From assembly GCA_964016885.1 (NCBI GenBank), contig OZ024743.1:336846001-336910000 (forward strand): 64,000 nt of DNA, in the 5' to 3' direction. Below the pieces are notes generated by a model, which had not been told where the DNA came from, made no database searches, and saw nothing but the letters and a program-made list of their open reading frames with translations. Source of the stretch: Eledone cirrhosa (taxonomy: Eukaryota). The translations under genes were made by a program, and so were the position numbers. This document shows positions 53,806-64,000 of the stretch, in pieces. How positions within the stretch are numbered: the first letter of the stretch is position 1; each line of letters starts with the position of its first letter.

Positions 53806-56800
53806 TATATGATAAAGAACACAAGAGCGTCTACAACATCAACAAATTTTTATTGGCTTACAATGTTTCTTCCTTACGTAACCGTAGGTTTCTTCAGAGT
53901 TATAAAAGGGGTTTGATTGGTGTTATGGACTCTACCAACCAAACATTCAAGAACAAAGAGTAAAGAGAGTAAAGAGCAAAATCAGGGGACAATAAGTCTA
54001 ATTTTGGTGCGGCAGGGTGGGGTGTGGGTCCTTGTTTACTAGCTGTGGTCATATTCATTCCCGGGAGTGGAGTGGTTAGTGGAGCCATAGATGGGGTGGC
54101 ATCGATAGTAGGGTGCAGAGGGTGTGCAGAGGCTACACACACACAAAGGGCATACAATATATATATAATGGAGGAGAAAGTACATGAGGTAATTAGAAAT
54201 GGAATAAGAATAAGAATAATCTATAGTTAATAATGTATAATAAGGCATAGGGAAGATTACACTATAATAAGGTATAAAAGTAAGAATAAGATAAAATGTA
54301 AAGGAGGATAAAAATGAAAATAAGAATAAGAAATATATATATATATAAAAATATATAGAGAATATATAAAAGATATAAGCAAGTATTAGAAAGGGAAAAA
54401 CACAATGTAAAAATACAGACTTTGTCAAATAAAAATATTATAAATATGGGGGAGAAAACGGGAGAGAGAAATATAATCATAATGTGATTAGTTGAGAGAA
54501 TATAAGATGATAATAGTTGTGTCAAGTTTATACATCTTAATAATAAATAATATGTATATCAGAGTTACACATCCTTCAATTCACTTGCAAGTTCAACCCA
54601 TATGGCATAGTCCATCGCTCATCTGTGCGGTCGTGTGCGTTTGTGTTTGACCCCACAGCAGATGCACAAGTTCGTAAATTTCAATGCAGATAAAAATCTA
54701 TTTGTGCTTACCCGGACATTGACGGAGGATCCAATATTCCTAGTTCATTGCCGACCCAATATGTGTGTGGTGTTATTTTGGTCGCACAAATCAATCACTT
54801 GGTTCAATATTATGGAGTATGGTTTTCTGGTCTTCGTTACACTATCAGTGGTTGTATATCTCGAAATCACAAGGATCACAGTACTCCGGTTTGGTGTGAT
54901 TATCGGTCATCCAACTATGTTGTCGGTGGTTGGATTCAATTCTATTGCCCAGAACGTAGAACTTTGGTGTTGATTGAACATTAACGAGGCAGAGTGAGAT
55001 CGCATCTGTGGTACAAAACGGTACGCAAGAAAATTCTTCGTCTTCGTTTCATCCGGGTCTAGCAGTCACGTGCAAGAACCGCTACGTAGTAATTGTGAGG
55101 GTAAGCGGTCAAGATAGTAACTGACCGAACATTCTCCTGGGAATTCAGACAGGCATGACAGGTACATTTAGGTCAGCAGTTTATTCATGTGTACGTGTGT
55201 CCGTTACACACAGACACATATTTATATGTATTTCAACTCAAAAAATTCAATTGATTCGCTTATTGATATTATATCTCTGTTGCTCCGATGTGCATGTTGT
55301 GATGTTCTGGTCGTGTTTACCATTCACTGTATTTTGCCATTACCTTGAAATGTGATGTTTTGGTCATCAATATTCCGGCAAGCGCATTCCTCTCTTATAT
55401 TGTGGAGAATGGTATTCTGGTCCTCAGTAAACATTTGGGTCAGCAGGAGGGGTGGTGGTTCTCAGTTTCAACTGCGACAATACATATGTGTTACTCTGCA
55501 TATCGTGCTCCTCTCAAAGAAGAGTATTATAGGAGGAATTCATGCCAAACACCACATATAGAGAAGACTTCTACAGAAAAAAATTCTCTCTCCGACAGTT
55601 CCGTCCAAATAACCTTTCGGCGACACATAGCGAAGTACACAATACATAATATATAATATATAACATATAGTGTGTTATTACATGAGTGGATATTCACTTG
55701 TATCATACATGAGAGGCAATAGGGAGTGGGGGAGGAAGAGGCCCTGCTTTTATGGTGGAGGTTGGGGTGAACTAGTATAAGAATTCACACCCGCAGACGT
55801 TCCCGCATCTGTCTGAGTGTACACACGGAGAGCGACGCACACGCTCAAACACGCATATATGTATACATTCATGCACACACACACGCACGCACAGATGATA
55901 GAGGCCGGGGTGTATTGTTATATATGTCCATGTGCGCAGATATACACACACTCATACCCACCCATAGATGTACGTATGCATACACACACACACGCTCGAG
56001 AGGTTGGGGTGTATTAGCATATGGGTAGATATTCCCCCACATGCATGCGTGCACACACACATGCACACACACATGTATTCGCGCACACAGACACACATAT
56101 GAGCCCACGCTCATCTAGACCTAGGCATATAGATCACTATCCCACGACACCCATGCATATACACAAATGCGTGGGGGTGAGCGAGATTTAAGATATACGG
56201 AACCTGAGGTGTCAATATAGCAACATAGGTTTACCCACAAGATATAGGGCATATGATATTGGATCCACAGAATGTGATCATGCTGCGGTACTAGCCAGTG
56301 CACACATATGCGCACACACATGCGCCTCCTCACTCCCCGACAAACCAGCGCGCACACACATAGGCCCACACACCTGTACACACCCCTATTCGATGACATG
56401 TACCCACATAGGCGTATTTATGGGGGTCCGTAGAGGAGCAAATAAATGAATGAGTCGCAGGGGAGCCTGCAGTATTACGGGGCAGTCGTGCAGCGCAACT
56501 TAAGATGAGGGCTAAGACAAAATGCCGTCCAGCAGTGGTGTAACCTAGATGAGAGTATGACATTCCATTTACTCCACACCGTCTCGTGTCCCAAATTCTA
56601 TTCTCCCAAAGCTGTAGCCCGGTAGGGGACTGTTCCACCCATAGGCTACCTATCTTTCTGGGTTATGGGTTGGGGGGAGTTGTAGTCAAGGAGGGGTATG
56701 TCTAGGTGGGGGTTGCGTAATATATGTTACGTCTATGTGCTAGGTTTAAAATAGAAGAAGGAACTCAGGATTGTGTGTTAGCAAGAGGAGAACATTTCCG

Positions 56801-59800
56801 ATTTCCTGTTAAGCAGGTTCAGTTTAGAGTGTATTATGGCATGGCATTCTAGTAAACACAGGTCACAACTCCCGCTCTGCGGTCGGTATGGCATGGATCT
56901 AGTAAGCTTCCTCCAAAAAAGTTTGTATGGGGTACTATTATTTTTTAAAAAGGAGATGTATCCCGCCAGTGAGGTGGCATTCTTATGTCTATCGTGTCTA
57001 AATGTGCACATGTGCGCGTTATATCTAGTTTTAAATGTATTGGACGTTGATCCTATATATGTTTTGGTAGAGTTGTGTGTGGTTACGTCACATGCATATA
57101 CGATGTTTTTCATGAGGCAAGCCCCCCTTTAGGGGACAGTTACTACTCCGCCTACAATTGCAACTGCGGGTTCGATCAGTTAGCGTACCTCCCGAACTTT
57201 GGTTACTATCATTATCACTAGGTGCCTCTATACCATTAGATGGCTCAGTGATGCTATTATGTTGCCTATTTCTCAGTGTAGTCGGTTGCTGGTGGTTAAC
57301 TGCCATTTTAATTTTTTCGAAACCTTCCCTAGTCTTCCTAATGTTCGTACGTGCTAGGTGTGATACGAGGTTAGGTGTGGTCGAATAGGATAATTTAATC
57401 CCGTTTTTGTTAATTATGTTGCGATATCTATTGCCTGGTGGGAAGTTTTTTTCTAATAATGAGAAGAATACTCTGGGGAGGTTAGTGAGGACCTCAGAGT
57501 TAAAAGGTGGGTTAAAATACATGTTTTTCCTTCTTCTATTTTTCTTATCTGTAGGGTGAGTCTCGTTACTGTGCGTACTATTTTGTAGGGTTCCGTTATT
57601 AACGTTAGTGGCGTTGTCTGTTTTGCTTATGCCCGGATGGTTTATATTCATGGCATGACCATTTGCTGCTTTAGAGTTGTGGTGAGGGACTCTAGTATTG
57701 TCCCTACGTGGTTTACATTTAGCTGGGTTACCGCCATTAGGGTTCTTACTATTATTCTTACCTCTAAGTTGGTTAGGCTTTGTGGCCATACTATGTGTGA
57801 TTATGTTGGTAGGTTTCACACTCATGGTTTGGGAGTCCTTATGTATATATGATAATCTATTCCCGTAACCAGATTCTGCTAGGGCCTTGTCATAATACTC
57901 TGCATTGGAGTTGAAGATACTCTCATTACAGGACAGTCTGCTAATTCTATTAGAGACCCCTTTGGGAATAGCGTTTAGGACTGATTTGGGGTGGTTGGAG
58001 CTGGCGTTTACATATGTTAGTCTATCATTAGGTTATGGTAGGGTGCAAATGTTTTAGTTTCTAGGTCAAGGGTAGCGTCTAGGAAGTTTACTGTTTTGTC
58101 ATTTGCATCTATGGTAATATTTACATTAAAGCTTTTAAATAACCTACGTAACTGTTTCCTGGTTCTTTCTATATTGCACTTTTATACTCGAGAGTGAAGA
58201 GGGCGTCATCACGATATAAGCCGCCCTTCAGGTGCGGTAATGTCTCATGTAACTCCTTTAAGAGGTACAATCCTACCAGGTCCGTGACTTGTGCAGAGTC
58301 ACTAGATCCCATTGTGATGTCGAAGTTATTGGGCGTATTCTTGCGGGTCCACAATTCGTCCTCAAATGTGATTATCGTTTTCCGGGCCGCAAGAATAACA
58401 TCAATTTGGGACCTAGTGAGGTCACTTTTCTGCATGGCCATGATTAGGGCCTTATTAAGGAGTATGGGGGAGATTGAGGTGTACTACGCATCGATGTCGA
58501 ATTGTATAAATTTAAGGGATTTATGGTTGCTAAGGCTTGAGAACCATTTCAAAACCTCTTCTGTATTCTCCCATAGTTCTAGTTTTATTTTCCTCCTGAT
58601 GGTAGGTATAACGCCGTCTAAAATGTTCTTACTGATAATCCCTATATCTGACTTCGATGGGTTAATTAATCTAACAGAGGGTTTACTAATGAAGTCAGCC
58701 TTATGGTCTTTAAGGGTGAACCTGGGTTGCCTAGGGGTATATGGTTGGGTATACTTTTCCAGGCCTAGTTTATCCACTATGGCACATGCTTCCTTATTAA
58801 TTTCATCTAGGTTTGCGCTTGTTGTCTTTTTATAGTTTCTATTTAATTCATTGTATATAAACCTGCGATACGTATCATAATTTAAGCTATAAATATTTCT
58901 GGTTTTATCCGAGGTGACCAGGATATCTCTTTTATCGTTAAAGCCCTTAACTAAGGTTTCAAGCTTCATCCGGAATTTGTTGCTATTCCTATGGGGGTTT
59001 TTAAACTTAATATTCCTTACTAGTGATAGAAGGTCATTCTCAAATCCATCTAGCATGGAGTTATGGGGCGGGCTCCTATAGGTTTTAAAACCGAATTTAT
59101 TATTGGAGGACACCGTGGTTGATTTCTTATTTCTCTTATCGAAGTGGAAAGTGTGCCATCTAATACGCTCAACGAAGGAGTTGACGCTAGCTATCAGTAA
59201 TTTCTCATAAGTAGTCCTGGATGGGGTTGGGATGTTCTTGAGTGATATAGGTAGGTAGTCTTTAGTTAGCATGCTGCCAATCAATTATAATCATACACAC
59301 AAGGTGGACAGATTATAAGGAGTTAGCTCAACCGGGGGGAGCCGTAGAAATACTTAGGTTAATAGGAGTTAGGTATTGTATACCCGTGTGCCATTAAGAT
59401 ATTGGCAGCATAATAATTAGCTCTATGCTTTGGAGCAGAGCCGTATATATGATAAAGAACACAAGAGCGTCTACAACATCAAAAATTTGTTATTGGCTTA
59501 CAATGTTTCTTCCTTACGTAACCGTAGGTTTCTTCAGAGCTATAAAAGGGGTTTGATTGGTGTTATGGACTCTACCAACCAAACATTCAAGAACAAAGAG
59601 TAAAGAGAGTAAAGAGCAAAAGCAGGGGACAATAAGTCTAATTTTGGTGCGGGAGGGTGGGGTGTGGGTCCTTGTTTACTAGCTGTGGTCATATTCATTC
59701 CCGGGAGTGGAGTGGTTAGTGGAGCCATAGATGGGGTGGCATCGATAGTAGGGTGCAGAGGGTGTGCAGAGGCTACACACACACAAATGGCATAGAATAT

Positions 59801-59975
59801 ATATATAATGGAGAAGAAAGTACATGAGGTAATTAGAAATGGAATAAGAATAATAATAATCTATAGTTAATAATGTATAATAAGGCATGGGGAAGATTAC
59901 ACTATAATAAGGTATAAAAGTAAGAATAAGATAAAATATAAAGGAGGATAAAAATGAAAATAAGAATAAAAATAA
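53806..59975 (-). mobile_element. Full-length Naiad-type PLE with two direct pLTRs
   Basis: Direct repeats at 53806-54330 and 59446-59975, each with an HHR (53856-53900, 59496-59540). Frameshifted RT-EN ORF 59272-56778. About 2.4 kb lies between the ORF end and the 3' pLTR. Confidence 0.92.
56778..59272 (-). pseudogene. Naiad RT plus GIY-YIG ORF, broken by several frameshifts
   Basis: SLKNIP, DKT, TLKDHK, FIQFDI, GGLYRDD, CNC..CPL, YIGST..FKTRY, CDLC. Confidence 0.9.
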
Positions 59976-60020
59976 AAATAAAAATAAAAATATATATATT
60001 ATCTATATATATATACATAT

Positions 60021-60070
<50 letters not shown>

Positions 60071-60383
60071 CAAAAATATATATATACACACACACATAAA
60101 TATATTTCCATATCATACATAGATATATATTTACTCATGTAATTACGGGGGGTTGTGTACCTTGTTGCCTTTAGTCATTAACGCATGAACCAAAGGAAGC
60201 TAAAACATTAAAAGATAAAAAAATAAGCATGAATGCATATAATTAGGTGAAAGGGGTACTAATAAATGTTATTCTATATAGAATTATAGTGAGTTGCTAT
60301 TTAGAATATTTAATTAGATTTATAGTATTTAAATGTTCTTCGTATACGGTGATTACAAACTATGATCAGTTCCTGCTTTTTAT

Positions 60384-62609
60384 TTAATAAATCGTCCTTA
60401 GTTTAGTAATTTCCAAGATCTCCCCTGAACATAATCTGCATTCCCTCCTGTTCCCAAGATATGGAGTGCTTTGTAGAATGGTGTTCCACGATAACTTGAA
60501 ATCTATTTTTTTCTTTTTATAATTATTTACCGCTTCAGCTAAAGATGTGGTGTTAGCTGGTTTAGTATTATTGAAACTACTAGACTGTGCGTAAAATCTT
60601 TTCTTAAATGTGTTTGATGTAGATTCTATATATGTTTTGTTGGAGTCTGTAGTAGACTCAGTGGATTTATATATTACATTATGATGTGGTGGTGTAGTCA
60701 TATTATTTTTAAGTTTATAAATGTTGTAGTTGCTTATTTTTTGCTGGAGATTGTTTGATGTAGAGTATGAGAATTTAACAGTATATTTGTTGAATATTTG
60801 GTGGTATCTGTGGTTTGGTGGAAAATGTTTATGTAGAATTTCAAAGAATTTTTGGGGGATTTGTCCAATAGTTTGCAGGTTGAAGGGTGCGTTGTACCAT
60901 GTTATGTTTAATTTGCGGTTTTTAGTTAAGTTCTTATTGCCACTTATATTATTGTGTTGTGTTCTAGAATAATTCCTATGGTTAGTATCCCTATTTGTGG
61001 AATTTTGTAAAGTATCGTGGTTGTATTTGGTGTTATTATTGGGTAGATTATGATATTTTGAGTGTTTGGTATTCATATGTGGGTTGATATCATTGGTCAT
61101 AGATCGTGCAGTAATAGTTGTTGTGGTTTTTCGGTTGTTTGGTGTAATAGGAATAATCACTTTAGGTATTTGTTTCAATGGTATTTTTTGGTGTTTGTAG
61201 TTTTTGCTAGGTTTTATATTTTGGTCCATAGTAGTGTTGGGGATATATGAGATGTTTTCTTTATATCCACTTCTAGTTAAGGCCTCGTTGTAGAAGGGTG
61301 CATTATTATAAAATATATCTACATTGGAAGATAATTTAGAAAGTCTAAGAGATATGTTATATACTAAGTTTTTGAGTATAGAGCCAGGGTGGTTAAATCG
61401 TGAATGTACATAATGTAGATTCTCATTGGGTTTGTGGTAAGGTTGATAAGTATTCGTAGAGAGGTCTAAGGTAACGTCAAGGAAATTAGCTACTTTTGAA
61501 GTGTTTTCAAAGGGGATGCTAAGGCTGTAATAGTCTTTGAGGAATTTTCTAATTTGTTTTTTGTTTTTCTCTATATTGGAATTGCTAAGATTGTTAGATA
61601 ATAATAGACAATCATCCCTATAAATATTACCTTTGAGGTGGGGAAAAGAGTCATGAATATTATAGAGATCTGTAATATCAAATAAGTTGTTATATGTGTT
61701 TCTTGTCCAGTATTCTTCTTGGAAGTTTAGTAAGGTTTTTCTAGCGTGAGTTATGATGTTGATTTCCTCAGTAGATAAATCCGATCTATTTCTTGCGAAG
61801 ATCAGTGCTTTGTTTAAAAGAATTGGAGAAATCGAAGAATAGTAAGAATCGATGTCGAATTGAATGAATGAAGCTGAGTTTTTATTCCCAATGCTAGTGA
61901 ACCATTCAATAACTTGGGAAGTGTTATCCCATAGTGGAAGTGTTACAAATTTTCTAATTTGCGGAATGATACGATCAATAATCTTTTTGCTGATATTACC
62001 GATATCAGATTTTGATGCGCATATCAGTCTAATAGATGGGTTCGAGTTAAAGTCAGATTTATGGTCTTTCGGGTTGAAGTGCGGGCTTTTAGGCGTAAAA
62101 GGCTCAGTCCTATCTTCAATCTGGAGCTTTTTTACTATATCACGTGATATGTTGTTCAAGGATGTTAGTGCGGTGGTATTTGCTTTCTTATAGTTTTTTC
62201 TAAGTTCTCTATATATGAACTGGTTATATTTATCGATATCCATATGGTACAAATTACCAGTTTTGTCAGAATGGACATGGACCTTGTTTGAATTTTCCAG
62301 TTGTAGAAGGGTAGAGTCCAATCCCATTTGGAATTCTGATTTGTGTTTTCTGAACTTTATGTTTTTAATCATGTTCAGTAGGGCGCCCTCAAAATTTTCA
62401 AGTTGAATATTATGAGGAGTATTTTAGTATGTTTTGAATCCATAGCGGTACTTCATTTCATTTGTATTGCTTTTGTTGTCAAAATGGTAGGCCTTCCATC
62501 CCATTCTCCTAATAAATTGGTTAGTTTTTTGTATGAGCAAGAGTAGATATTCATCTTTAGGGGGAATTGGAATATTCTTCAACGAGGTACCCAAATATTG
62601 TTTTTCCAT
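60384..62609 (-). pseudogene. Second Naiad ORF: one premature stop (62424) and two in-frame deletions
   Basis: The 61-aa and 662-aa ORFs share a frame. The MG..D.A.V.DLVG motif and the CxC..CP linker are missing. Confidence 0.85.
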
Positions 62610-62820
62610 TGTGATGCAGGAATTAGATAAAAAAAAGAGCTCGACTAAATATTATAATCAATTATGAAAAATATATTGAAGGAGCAAAATGCACAGAGGT
62701 ATCCATAGTAAGTTGTGGGGTCTATTCTGCATGAAGAACTCGATGTAATCCATATGTTGAAAATGTTGTAGGTTAAGATAAATCCCGGAAAACAATAAAA
62801 CATTAAAAGGAAAACAGAGT

Positions 62821-64000
62821 CATGGTGGTATTTATCGGGATGATTGTCTATTGTTATCTAACAATCTTAGCAATTCCAATATAGAGAAAAACAAACAACA
62901 AATTAGAAAATTCCTCAAAAACTATTACAGCCTTAGCATCACTTTTGAAAACACTTCAAAAGTAGCTAATTTCCTTGACGTTACCTTAGACCTCTCTACG
63001 AATACTTATCAACCTTACCACAAACCTAACCGGAATCTACATTATGTACATTCACGATCTAACCACCCTGGCTCTATACTCAAGAACTTAGTATATAACA
63101 TATCTCTTAGACTTTCTAAATTATCTTCCAATGTAGATATATTTTATAATAATGCACCCTTCTACAACGAGGCCTTAACTAGAAGTGGATATAAAGAAAA
63201 AATCTCATATATCCCCAACACTACTATGGACCAAAATATAAAACCTAGCAAAAACTACAAACACCAAAAAATACCATTGAAACAAATACCTAAAGTGGTT
63301 ATTCCTATTACACCAAACAACGGAAAAACCACAACAACTATTACTGCACGATCTATGACCAATGATATCAACCCACATATGAATACCAAGCACTCAAAAT
63401 CTCATAATCTACCCAATATTAACACCAAATACAACCACGATACTTTACCAAATTCCACAAATAAGGATACTAACCATAGGAATTATTCTAGAACACAACA
63501 CAATAATATAAGTGGTAATAAGAACTTAACTAAAAACCGCAAAAGAAACATAACATGGTACAACGCACCCTTCAATCTGCAAACTATTGGACAAATCCCA
63601 AAAAAATTCTTTGAAATTCTACATAAACATTTTCCACCAAACTACAGATACCACCAAATATTCAACAAATATACTGTTAAATTCTCATACTCTACATCAA
63701 ACAATCTCTAGCAAAATATAAGCAACTACAACATTTATAAACTTAAAAATAATATGACTACACGACCACAACATAATTTAAATAGGACTGTACCTTTTAA
63801 AAAGGCAAATAATACAATCCTTCAACCTAGAAAACACAACCACCCAAATCACCAACACAAAAACAACAGAACACAAAATCACAATTCAACTTTAGCACCA
63901 AACCACCCACAAAGCAACCTTCATTCTCCTGCTATCATTAATTACAATAGGAATAGCTCAAGGATTAATGAGAATAGTATAGACACCCCCAACAACCATC
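62821..64000 (+). mobile_element. Inverted partial copy of the same Naiad family, runs off the window
   Basis: Starts at GGIYRDD. Highly similar to 60690-61630 (-) and retains the linker deleted there. Confidence 0.9.

Noticed and set aside
56778-62609. Selenocysteine in the Naiad RT/EN ORFs
   Set aside because: Conserved Cys positions use TGY codons; the lesions seen are frameshifts or TAA/TAG.

Overview
AT-rich animal DNA, almost all repeat. The tRNA-SINE type and abundant (TA)n/(CA)n tracts suggest an octopus-like cephalopod (inference). One host gene is visible on the + strand: a small secreted Cys-containing protein with three frame-compatible exons at 11784-11874, 33824-34042 and 40779-40862. 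Mobile elements include about seven Naiad-type, two Poseidon-type and one Neptune-type Penelope-like elements (PLEs), a near-intact CsRn1-lineage Gypsy LTR element, RTE LINE relics, mariner relics, three Helitron derivatives and SINEs. The most striking feature, invisible in the ORF track, is a high density of hammerhead ribozyme (HHR) motifs: more than 20 copies from about a dozen families, found by eye. Two families are non-coding 430-470 nt head-to-tail units that look like non-LTR retrozymes. Several others carry recurrent non-canonical cores (U3-A8, U6, one-nucleotide insertion). All folds were paired by eye and none were computed.
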